Below are positions 53,317 through 64,000 of a stretch of 64,000 nucleotides of DNA, piece after piece (position 1 is the stretch's first letter; every line of letters begins with the position of its first letter). Source of the DNA: Botryllus schlosseri. Taxonomy: Eukaryota. Under the pieces are notes generated by a model. The model was not told where the DNA came from. It ran no database searches and saw only the letters and a list, made by a program, of their open reading frames with translations. The position numbers and the translations under genes were made by a program. The stretch lies in the NCBI GenBank assembly GCA_051294905.1, contig CM119372.1, forward strand, positions 12,464,001 to 12,528,000. The letters are read 5' to 3'.

Positions 53317-55705
53317 GGAGAGAGAGTCTTCATTTTCATCCAACTAAAATACTTAACAAACAAACGGCAATGATGGTGGTACAAAAAATATGCATGCACA
53401 GTATTCGGTGTCAGTTAGGAATAATCGATTGACGATGAACTATAGTCTGATCACACCCTCATCAAACAGGTACATTTGCCTCTATACAGTCTGGCTGTAA
53501 AAAATGTTAGTTAAAAAAAGGAAAACGAAAAAGAAAAATTAAACGATGGTATAGCAAAAGATCAATAAAGGTCTGGTCGAGGTAGGACAATATAACGACA
53601 AGAGGTGATTAAAAGTAGGTCTTTTTTAGTCTATCATCAGGCCTTTCACGGATATGTTGTGGTAATGCATTCTAGATGATAGGTCTCGAGTAGTCGATAG
53701 ATCTCTTAGGTAAGTATAGATATTTCTCTTTGACGTGCTACACAAAGTTTTACTTTTGATTGGTATGGAATGCCGGCAAACTTCCAATCGATGTGATTGC
53801 AGGTATGTATACAAAATACGGCAATACTGACTATTTTACATGTCTGTCGGCCTGTGGCCGTTGGTCTTAAATAGTAGTACCTCAATTTTAGGTATTTTTG
53901 GATATTTTTGAGTAAGAAAATCACGCCAATCAAGCCCAGAGTTGATCTGATAATATCTAATATGCAAGCTTAACTTTCGTATTAATTGGAAATTGCATGT
54001 TTGTATACAATGCTTCTTTTCCCAATAACTTGTTTTTCCTTCGTTTGGTCATATTATCTCATTGTGGGTCCCACACTAAAACTTGCATTAAAAGTGTTTC
54101 GCGATCTGAAAAAGATTGGGAAGCACTGGATAGTGGCTACACAATAGCGTAATCACTGGCCAGGGATGTAATTTGTAGTTTCGTTCACTATTCACTATTA
54201 GTAGCATCAGGTTGCTGACGATCTCATGCATCCGACGTTTCGATAAAAGTATTTGGAATGGATCCGTGCATCCTCCTATCATCAAGTCAGATAGCGAATA
54301 CACCAGCCACAAGCCAGTTCGTAAAGCATTGTGTGTCAAACTGATCGCAGTGATTCTTATGAGATATATTTCAATTATTCATGACTTCTGTGTATGACAG
54401 TACATATTTTGAAAGCATTTGCTATTAAAATTCTATACGAACCCGGGATTGGATACATTGAACACAGTGGCGTAAGGTGAGGTTCATGGCTGGTGATTGC
54501 TCAACGAAAAGGACGAAATAGAAAACGAAAACAACATTTTACTTAAGATCATAATTTCGGTTATATATTCTCTATTGTCCTTTGCTCGTCCAATCTTTTT
54601 TGACAAGATTGAAAGTATCTGTATCAGCAAAACTAAATGTGTCACTCACTATATAAGATCAAACTTAAATGGTTTAAAACACCATTCATACAAAGGAAAA
54701 TCAGGGTTAGATTCACGACTGGTGATGCAGATTTTCTTGGAGTAAGATTCGCAAACACCAAACCTAAAATGTAAATTGATTGAGTTGGCGACCTGTTTCT
54801 TATCACATTAGACATCTTCACCCGCAGGTTATCTAGGCTTCTCGTCGCCATTTGATCCGCGTTTGCGGTGTCTTACAAAAGCCTAGAAGTATGGGCCGGG
54901 CTACAAGTCGGCAGATATGGAATCATAATGTAGGATATCGGCCTGGTGTAAATGACCATGACAATCAAAAGCATTACAAATGCCACAAACAACAACAACG
55001 CAGGCTATGTAAAATAGCTATTACATGCCACAATTTAAGGGTCGGTATGAATGGAAAATACGTTACAGCTACATCAGTAAAGGAATGTATTTGCTCCGCA
55101 TTACGAATTAGGCGTCGCAACCCCACAATTCCTACAGCCCTGTTGGTTTCCGAAATCGATAGCGCGTTTCAGTGTGCTGTGATTATCCAATTTTTAGGGA
55201 ACAGTGAGTGAGGCATATATTCGTCCCCACCTGGCTATCTCTTCTCTGCGCTGTCATTGTACGTAACAAAAAAGTATAATTTCACATTCGTTGGTGAATT
55301 TGAGGGGGTCTGGTGCTCTGACATTAATTGTTAATATTCGGGTTTTCGGAAACAGTGCGACAATAGCATTTGATTGATACCAATTAATATAAATACTGAG
55401 CTGTTTATGATAAATTGCATTATCCCAGGTGAGGCACGACTCATCTGTGCCTCACTTCTCCTTTCGCGGTGTATTTTTGAACAATAAGTAAAAAAATTGG
55501 TGATGAAGAAATGTTCAAATTTAGTTATTCATGAACATCAACGGAAAATATCAACATATAATCATTGAAGGTTCTCACAACTTTCTTTTACTCATCCGAC
55601 GACAGATGGGGCACTGCCTCATTTGCCTCCCCTGACTGCGCCCACGTCACTGATTGAACATATTCGGCCAATTAATGAAATTTAACATTATTTTTCTATG
55701 GCGAG

Positions 55706-55772
<67 letters not shown>

Positions 55773-56217
55773 TCCCTCTGTGTCCTACCACTGGCATATA
55801 GTACCATAACAAGATGGTATTATCGCTTCGGTAATTGAAGGTTGATTGATAGATTGATTGAAGTGGTTTTGCGGCAGGGACGGTTTAGTCAACATCGCTA
55901 TACAAGCTGAAAGCGCGGTCTCGTAATTGAACACCATCGGACATTTAGTGAGTATATATAGTCGCACACATTTCGACTACAGCTGCGCAACTACATTATA
56001 TCAGTACAGAAGGGAACGCGGGCATTGTATAAATATTATCTGAAATCTTTCAAAGTCATGACCACGACCAATATTTTAGCTCTGGTATGACATGGGCGGA
56101 GCGCTTTTGCATCAAATTACCTACCATAAATTGAGTGTATCCGATGGTTCGTGATGTTGTGAATACTCCATTTATTAGACAATTCCATGACCAATATCGG
56201 CATTGGTCGGTGAACAT
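44285..56217 (-). CDS. Divergent connexin (gap-junction family) with 4 extracellular Cys, 7 coding exons, ~352 aa
   Basis: Exons, GT-AG and phase-consistent, total 1059 nt: 56217-56125, 53113-53001, 50546-50448, 50388-50197, 46212-46053, 45082-44988, 44591-44285. Connexin landmarks: WNCLINGVFTTSRTIGYTQFMVFMILRVIILG (N-term/TM1), SPITIWGLSTLTAFIPPLVL (TM2), CLTTYVVHL...RCILE...LYGW (TM3), KASEKTCFLWFLAAVNLASCVLTVIEI (EKT motif/TM4), and a Ser/Thr-rich tail. The start codon and the splice just before TM3 are less certain. Confidence 0.85.
45316..45456. mobile_element. Small hAT MITE in a connexin intron
   Basis: CAATGCTCC.../...GGGAACATTA. TSD GTCATGAG on both sides. Confidence 0.7.
47586..48065 (-). 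mobile_element. Penelope-like element 3' fragment (GIY-YIG C-terminus plus pLTR), nested in MITE D1
   Basis: ORF 47790-48065 SAICKHL...DDRFRIVGRCRSQFHLCALES...QPKLCQQKEF resembles the Penelope GIY-YIG endonuclease C-terminus (SAI.EH...F.IL...L...E...P.LN.Q). This stretch is absent from sister copy D2. Confidence 0.7.
47655..47688 (-). ncRNA. Minimal type I hammerhead ribozyme motif (Penelope-associated), copy 2
   Basis: Identical core to 43390-43423. Sense orientation relative to the connexin pre-mRNA. Confidence 0.7.
48509..49799. mobile_element. hAT MITE family D, copy 2, inverted relative to copy 1
   Basis: TIR CAGAGGTGGTCA/TGACCACCTCTG. Perfect TSD CTTCCTAT. Its right end is the reverse complement of the D1 left end. 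Confidence 0.9.
50840..51910. mobile_element. piggyBac-like non-autonomous element in connexin intron 2
   Basis: TTAA|CTCTTTCGACGCCG...CGGCGTCGAAAGAG|TTAA. Subterminal inverted repeat GATTGTCTTCAAAACGCCGCG/CGCGGCGTTTTGAAGACAATC. Confidence 0.85.
53261..53326. repeat. (AG)n microsatellite
   Basis: Interrupted agagag run. Confidence 0.95.
54465..55652. mobile_element. hAT-type non-autonomous element in connexin intron 1
   Basis: CAGTGGCGT.../...ACGTCACTG. Perfect TSD ATTGAACA. Carries a (CAA)n retroposon tail inside. Confidence 0.8.
55707..55772. repeat. (TCAA)n microsatellite
   Basis: About 16 perfect TCAA units. Confidence 0.95.
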
Positions 56218-57609
56218 CTCTTTTTCATCTGGAAAAGGCCAAAGCAATTGTTGTTCGAGTATAGGTGTATATTCCCCGCAATCAGTTCACTCGAAAATGG
56301 AACCGAACGGAACCAATGACAACGAAAAAGCATGATCGAATTTATAAAACATAACATAATTTTTGCGGACGGTACACGTCACACACAGCCCCAAATATCC
56401 CATCGATAGAGTGAGGTCATCCATGCTCAATTATGCACATGTGCTAGCTTCGCATGCTGTCGAGTTCAGATCAATAAATTTACATTTTTACTGGAAAGGA
56501 GTCGAGCAGCAATTTTTTTAAATTTTGGTTTTCAATTTTGCAAAGTGACTATACCTTTTAAATTCACTTCGTCTTACGAAGAGCATAAAACGAAAGTGAG
56601 CCGTGCTACAAATCAGCAGATTAAGAATTATAATAAGGAATTTTGGCCTGGTGTAAATGACCATATTAGTCGAAACACCATGAACAACAAAAATAACAAC
56701 GACAACTTCGTCTCTTATATCATTTTGGCAATGGTACCAGACATTAGCAGCATTTCATATATATTACCTTCGTGAATTTCGATATTATTAGGATGTTCAT
56801 GTTCATTGACGCTCTAATTTCAACAGTATTGAGTGGATGAGTGTGCCCTTCAGCTCACTGGTTCTCAGCCGCCGGTGCCGTGTCAATTTACTACCGGGTC
56901 ATAAAATAGTTTTCAATATTTTTTATTTGGTAAATGCAATAAATTGGACGCTTGCCAATTCATTAGTAAAATGAAATTTCAAAGTTATAATTGACCATTA
57001 AACTTGTGATAAATAAGATCTTATTGATAACCCAGCGTCAGGTAACTGACTAACCAATGTGAGGCAACGACTGACCTTCATCGAGTCTTGTTTGAAAATA
57101 TCTTTCTGTGCACGGGCTCGATGACTTGTCGCGATAATCATCATCCGTAATACGGACGATGCTCGTTGCGCGCATTGTTGTAACGACGTTGCCGATGTGA
57201 CGTATTTTAGTCAAGTGAGTCAGGGTAGTATTGGCATAGTCCGCTCATTCATATTATACGCTCTTGTAGCAATGACTGTGACAACCTGAACGTTACAGGC
57301 TACGGTGATTTCTTGGATAAGGAATCCTGAAACACAATTAACCTCATAAATAGTGTTTTAATGAATTTCCACTGTGCATGTGCATGACTCTTATTTACAT
57401 GCTCTAGGCCTAGGTGGGTGCCTGATTGATAGACTAATCCAAGTCGCTTCGGCACCCTCCTATCTTTTCATTATATCACAATCTTGTGGTCTTTTTATTT
57501 GATTATTATTTTAATAAAATGTCGATGATGATGATGATGAAGTTCGAATTCGTGCTTGGTCGGGATTCGGAGGTTTAAATGCGTATCTTCACAAATGGTA
57601 TGGTATAAT

Positions 57610-58049
57610 TAGGGTTGCATTTAAAACAAACGGTGTTTTAAAACACTTTGTTTCAAACATGTTTCAAACAGTGTTTTAAAAAAAGGCCTTTAAAAAATAT
57701 TGTGTTTTTTTTAAGTTGTAAAATTATGCCATAATTGTATAAATACTTTACAGAAAACATGTTGTATGAGCGTACGGACAATTACCACTCGATTTTAGCC
57801 GACGTATATCGATATGAGATGGTTGGAACCCTCAAAATAGTCGATTCAACAGCAATAGTACATATATTTCGTCAAAGGAGCTATTTTTACCCTATATTTT
57901 CAATTGTCGAGGACACTCCACTATGACGTCACAATTGAAAATTCGTGACGCCATGGCTTAAAAAACATAAAAAACAATAAAAAACATGTTTTAAATTAGG
58001 GCCTTGTTTTAAATGTTTGTTTTAATTTGATTTTTGTTTTGTAACCCTA
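57610..58049. mobile_element. hAT-type MITE family B, copy 2 (reverse orientation)
   Basis: TAGGGTTGCATTTAAAACAAA.../...GTAACCCTA. Perfect TSD GGTATAAT. Confidence 0.85.
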
Positions 58050-60653
58050 GGTATAATCGAATTGAATCTACGAAACGACTGCAATCTGTGTTCTTGAATA
58101 GAAAACAAAGTTTTGTGTTTGGTAGTCCGCCCTGCAGTGCTTAGAACAGGATGCAAATAGCGCAGTAACTCAAGCCGGGCGCAAAAACCATGTAACTCGT
58201 AATGGTGACTACAGTATAGGCGTATACTGAGATGCTGGTTTTATTCGCAATGCTCGTTTTGCGCTTTCTGAAACAACACTTGGAACGAATATAGTAAAGT
58301 CGCAACTAGGATTTGAAACTAGGACATAGTAAAGACGCTGTGATTTCTATTTATAATATAATGGTCGTGCAAGTCGTAAAAGCTTGATCTGAGTCTTCCC
58401 CTGCCTACAATATCCAGATACTTCTCATATGACTTTGACAAGGAATTTTTCGCTTGCCTTTCAAGGGATTCCGAAATTATGGAATCACAAGGTTAGACCT
58501 CTCTGCTCGCTCACAATGAATTTGCCTCTTAAATGGAGTCTAATGTTATCGTTATTGGCTATTCCGTTTTGCAGACACTCTATATCCGATTCAGTTTTGA
58601 ATATTTTATGACGGACATCGTTTGTATCGACAGATTTCATTAGCTCCCAGAATGAGATCGGCTTCATGTTTCAAGAATACATTACCAATCGCTTAAGTAG
58701 TAGCCTTTCGCTTGTTCCGTGGCCGTCTCTTGACAAAGCAAATTAAGTTACCGATTTCCATTCCATAGAGCTGAAAGTTTGCATCGCTACTCGAGCGCTT
58801 AATGCAATACTTCTGTAAACCCACAATATATATTAGGCATATATCCAAGAATATGGAACAATGTCTATCATTTATTTACCATACAATGTATACCTTTTTA
58901 TTTTAGCATAAGGGTTTTGATGTAGCCAGCTTTTTATATATTGTGCGCATCGATGACCCATGCGATAGAGAACAATTTACCCCAAGTTTCTCAAATTTGG
59001 GTAAGAGCTCAATTTGCTCGCATCGGCAATAAGCACATAAAAGCTTTAGATTAGCCCGATCTGTCGAAGATAGATGATTGATGATAAATTACTTCTGATG
59101 GAATTACGATGTAACTTGGTAGCGTCCATGGTGATATGACTCTTCGCATATAATATACAACTACTCAGTTTATTGCAGGCATTACTTTAAAATGAATTAT
59201 GAGATTTTTCTGAATTTTTCGTTGTATATTATATTATAAATAACATATTGGTTAAAGTATGATTACACAATTACGCACCCCGTGTACGGCGTTCTCGTCC
59301 TGTGTGGAAATGATGTTAACACATATGCTTCTAAGACCTGTAGGATACCCTGAAACGAAATTATTTTACACTATTGCTTATATCGTCTTCCATAGCCGGC
59401 GCAAGTCTGCAATCAAAGAATAACAATAGTAATATGACTGGTTCGGTTGTTTATCTTAATTCTGTGGCAAAGGTTAGGTTTTTCTGCGTGGAAAGCGAAT
59501 AATATTAATCCAAGAAAGCTTATTGCAGATCATTTTGCAATATAGCTGGAAAACAACACGTGATGTAGCGCGTACCTATATAACAAGGGAATGAGGTTTA
59601 TCGCGTCACCCGTCGATCAGACATTTGAGTTTGGCTCATCTCATTTCGTTGAAACTGCAATGCTATTGGATCAGACTGGCAGTAAATTGCCTATTTAATT
59701 GACAATAACATACAAAAGTACTTCAGCCAATGCAAATAATACCATTATATATTCATCAATCCTCGATGTCACTTCACCAATTATCTCGCTCGGTTTTAGG
59801 CATTAGTTATGTCATATCGCAAAGCGAAATATTATACGATCGATTTTCTGTTCCGGAAACAAATTTCTACATGTTTGCTATTGAAATGCACCCGAGAAGT
59901 ATAACTAAAGCATTGTATATATAATCGAGATGGATGGCCAGGCAACGATTGATGGATGCTTTGTATGGCTTGCGATCCGTAGATATAGTTGAGAGCTGTC
60001 AAAGTTTCTTGAACCACAGAAGTAACCCACCACTTTCGGATATATTCCTTTTGACGTTTCGCCGATATTTGCTATGTTAGGCACACCGGAATATTGATGC
60101 ATCTTCGACCGAATGAATTTAATGAATAATTCAATCCCATTTAAATTGATACAAGCAGAAAACAAAATGACAATAATTTCAAATTGCAAGATTTAAACAT
60201 CTAGCTAGAAAATCTCTACGGCGATTGATGTGTTTGCAGTTTTTTGTGCATTATATACACTGTGCACACTGCACACTAATTTCGAAACGTGTACGGTTAA
60301 AGTCTTAGTATATAACCAGTGTCGAATCTACAGAGCGGTCTTCACTGCCCACAAATCAATCACCGGAACATTCGACACAGGTCAAAAGTACAAAGACACA
60401 AGTATGCAGATCATCGAGATCAACTATGTATTCCGCGTATAACTAAGCCTTTTAAGTCACTAAGCCTCAACGTCGCGGCGATTTGGGTTCACAATATTTT
60501 CGGCCTTTGCCTGCCCACATACTATCGCAATCAAGTCGAAAAAGGTAGCGAGTCGCTACGCATTTGCTACTAACACTTTAACATATAGAGGGAACGTTCG
60601 AAGGCGAACTCGAAAATGATGGATATCTCTTTCCCCGTTCAATCAACAAGGAC

Positions 60654-63115
60654 TTAGAAATTCTCGAAATGATGTGAGAAGATAGCCCCTTCGAACTTGT
60701 TCATCTCAGCGCAAGCCTCCTCAACGTTCTGCGTCATCGGTGGTGGCCCGCAGCTGAACACACCAAACTCATCGACCTGAAAACGTGTAGCAATGTGGGA
60801 TGTTTCGCATTATTGACTCGGGGAAAATATCCTAAATGAACTTCACTTTGTTAACTTAGCGCGACAAACTCTCGGTCGCATTATGCAGTCATGCGTAAAC
60901 GTACCGTTGTCTCGTATTCTTTGGACAAGGCCCTGAAGAAATCTTGGAATTTCGGCCGTCCAAAATGAGTGACAGCACTCAGTCCGGTAAACAAAGACCT
61001 TCCTGATAGCCTTTGGAAATTCCTTTCGCATATGTACTGAACGGAAGGGTGCGTATTGAGCATAAGGTGATTCTGATGCGAGGTTCACGTTCGGGGTTGC
61101 TCGTTAGCTGAAGGCGCAAATCAACGTACCAACATTACAGTCCGGAAATCAAATCGAGACGGGATTTGGGTGATGAAGATATGCGGCTCCAAGATTCCTT
61201 TGTCGTCTGCGTTTTCCGCTTCCCGAATAATGTCTGTCAACCATTCGAACTCCTTCTGGTCACGCGTCAACCACATGAAGAATACCTGTAACGTGCGTAT
61301 TTGGTAGACGCCAATAGGCGATTACAGCATCCATGTAACTTATAATCGTTTGCTAACTTCCACGCCAACTCGGTATGGGCAGGTTGCTGACGACAGATTC
61401 AGATTTACAGTAAGAACGATAAAATAACGATAGGTGCCAGCTCAAGGTAGGATCTTTGGATAATAGGACAAAATTCTGCCCTATCGAATAATTCTTCCGA
61501 CGTAAGACATTTATTGTGATTTACATCAACTTTATACTAAAAATTCCAGATTTTTAGTATAAGATCTGCGCCATTCTACAAAAGCCATTTCGTACGCGCC
61601 TACCTTTTTGCAGCGGATCTCCTGGTTAATTTTTGTCTTGTGCACTAAATCTTTCAGTATAGATGCAAAGGGAGTAACTCCAATTCCGCCTCCCACTAAT
61701 ATCGATACATCATATTTGTACCAGTCTTGATGTCCCTCGCCAAATGGACCGTCCAAGAATAGCTGTGACAAACATCAAACATACGTTATTTGTACTTTTT
61801 ACGACAAGTAACGGCCTTTTTGCTGTTTACTTTCGGATAAGGAGAATCGCGCAGTCTGTTCGGGTCGTAAATGTTGCGGAGATTCTTCGTCCACGGTCCG
61901 ACTGCTCTGATGTGCAATTTTAACGTGTCCTCGTGCGGCGATGACGTCAACGTGAAAGGGTGGTATTCGTTGTGCGATTGAGAAAGGCAAGCAATGCGTA
62001 CCTGGATGAAGCGTTTACGAGTTTAGCTCCGGAAAATTTATTTCAATTTCTCAGCTATGCAACTTCACGGCCCGTTCGCCGAAAGAATAGAAAAGATTAC
62101 CAAGAACCGACAATTTGGATATAGTAAATCCCTACTTGTCATCTATAATAACATCTTAGTAGGTAACATACAGTCCTACTACACAGTAATAGGCAATACT
62201 CTACGTGAACGATTCTTAACCTTAGTGCGGATCCCTAAATATATTTGTCTGTTTGCGTGCTCTCCCTAACCGCAAAATCAGAGAAGCAGGTCATCACTTC
62301 CGCCCATTCCTCATCATGGCCTCATATTGGCATCTAGTCTGGTTGCTGCCGAAAACAAAGTCATAACCTTCGCTCGTGGCCTGGTGAGCGTTGAACATGA
62401 GACTAAAATGAGAGGAGATGTTGTAAAGTAAAGGACAATGTAGTTTTATAGTGGTGGTTTCAACAGTGACCTTTCATGGACCTCTTAAGACCAGTCCGCA
62501 GATCCCAAAGTGGTACATTGACCCTTAGGTTAAGAACCTCTGTTTTACGGGCCGTTTGAATAATCTAATAAACCTGTGGGACTCTTACATGCTTATTCGG
62601 GTTACTATATGCGAATCATTTGATGCAGCATGCAGTATACTCAGATGTATTATTCAACATATATTTCGGCGAACAAATTAGCAAGCCGGACTCGACAGTC
62701 ATTCATACCCATTGTCCTGCTTTGTAGTCGAATGTCGACGGCTTTTTGAATTCCAGATAAGTAACATGCGACGGGAGAAGCTCTGCTCTCACGACAGAAA
62801 TTTCAGACTTGTTACGGCTGATGCTGTAGAGCTTGTCCAGCGTGTAAAGCACCGCCGGGCCCAAGAAGAAGTAGTAAAAGAACGGGCGCTGAAGATAAAA
62901 GTAATACCCGGTATGAGCCGCGAGTTGGTGTCATGGGTATTTGGATAGGTACGTGGTATCTTGTCTGGTCAACATACATAACTTCACACACCTGTACCAA
63001 ATATCCGCTGCCGTGCAGGACCATGAAAAAGTACAGGAGAACGTATCCGTAGCTGTGAGTCCACCAAAACCAACGAAATACCCAAAGTCTCGCGTGGTCG
63101 CTTGCGAATACGTAC
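60654..63115 (-). CDS. DUOX: Dual oxidase (NADPH oxidase family), last 7 exons; the gene continues beyond the window
   Basis: Exons 63115-62992, 62888-62709, 62001-61831, 61762-61604, 61285-61130, 61036-60905, 60776-60654. Motifs FWWTH...LHGS, GQWVRIAC...[39 protein letters not shown]...[36 protein letters not shown]. These are DUOX-type rather than NOX2-type. The peroxidase domain and EF hands lie outside the window. Confidence 0.9.
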
Positions 63116-63164
63116 CTGTAAGGTTCAGATTTGCAAATCGACGAGATCGTCTCGCGTATAAAGG

Positions 63165-63958
63165 CGGGGTTGCCATACCGTCCTTATTTCTAAGATTTGT
63201 CCTTATTTTGAAAGGTCAGGTCTTAGAAAACTCAACTGTCCTTATTTTTAGGAAATGTCCTTGTTTTCGATTTGCGTCCTTATTTTGTCTTATTTTCAAC
63301 AACTAAAGAACTTCGCTCGTTTTCCTCTGGTGTCTGTGTTGCTTAATATTCTAAAATTATGCCTTTGAGTTGTCATTTTATGACATAAATGAAAGGAACT
63401 CACGATATGTACATACCACAGGATTAGACTTCTAAGTGGTGAGATAGCTAGGGCGGCAGTGAGTGATATAGCAGTTTCGGCTGTACCAAGCTATCGCAGC
63501 GGACCTCATTTTAGCAGTTAACAGCAGTACCAGGGTTCTGCTGTGTAGTCTACAGCAGAATTAACTGTGGGGAAGGTAGCATTTATTGTGTAGTGAAAAA
63601 GGGAGCAGTGCAGTCGACACTTGGGTTAAAAAGTAGTCAAGCTATAAATCCTTGATAATTTCATTTAAATTATGTTGCAAATATAGTTTTAAGTACCACT
63701 AACAAGGCTAAATCTGATTAGCTAAAATGAGCAAGCGTAAAAATGTTATTCTTGAGGATTATGAGAGAGAATTCAAAGTATCAAACGAAGCTTGGAGGGC
63801 GAGTGTTTCGCTGTTTTGCACATCGCAATATCTGCAATTGTGACATTAACCTGGATGCCATAGGAAAGACCGCTATTTCAACTCTCACAGAGTATGTACA
63901 AAAACTCTCTAATTTTTCGACTGTCCTTATTTTTGGGACAATGTCACTGGCAACCCTG
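63165..63958 (+). mobile_element. Deleted hAT element with transposase N-terminal remnant in a DUOX intron
   Basis: CGGGGTTGCCA.../...TGGCAACCCTG. Near-TSD TATAAAGG/TAATAAAGG. Frameshifted MSKRKNVILEDYEREFK...ICNCDINLDAIGKTAI resembles a transposase N-terminal Zn-finger. Confidence 0.7.
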
Positions 63959-64000
63959 TAATAAAGGATTGACAATTTGCACAGAAATGGAAATAAAATA

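Noticed and set aside
53135..53432. ORFs with RERERE runs
   Set aside because: Translation of an (AG)n microsatellite.

Overview
Eukaryotic, intron-rich and transposon-dense DNA, most likely from an ascidian/tunicate. This is an inference from a multi-exon connexin, many 59-72 nt GT-AG introns and abundant hAT MITEs. Genes reconstructed by hand: a single-TIL secreted protease-inhibitor-like gene (7458-7781 +); an intronless 10-TIL-domain secreted protein with a 207/414-bp internal repeat (15525-17630 +); a complete 25-exon DHX37 DEAH helicase (25796-42884 +, 1157 aa); a 7-exon divergent connexin (56217-44285 -, ~352 aa) that the ORF track shows only as fragments; and the last 7 exons of a dual oxidase (63115-60654 -). 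The rest is a 3' LTR, about 20 TIR elements (mostly 8-bp-TSD hAT MITEs, several nested), a TTAA piggyBac-like element, SINE/LINE tails and Penelope-like fragments carrying minimal hammerhead ribozymes. The top lead is the connexin. It lacks the middle Cys of both extracellular loops and has a ~30-aa insertion with three N-glycosylation sequons in E1, a pannexin-like design that suggests a non-docking hemichannel. It lies just downstream of DUOX on the same strand. All calls come from manual reading; no database searches or folding programs were run.
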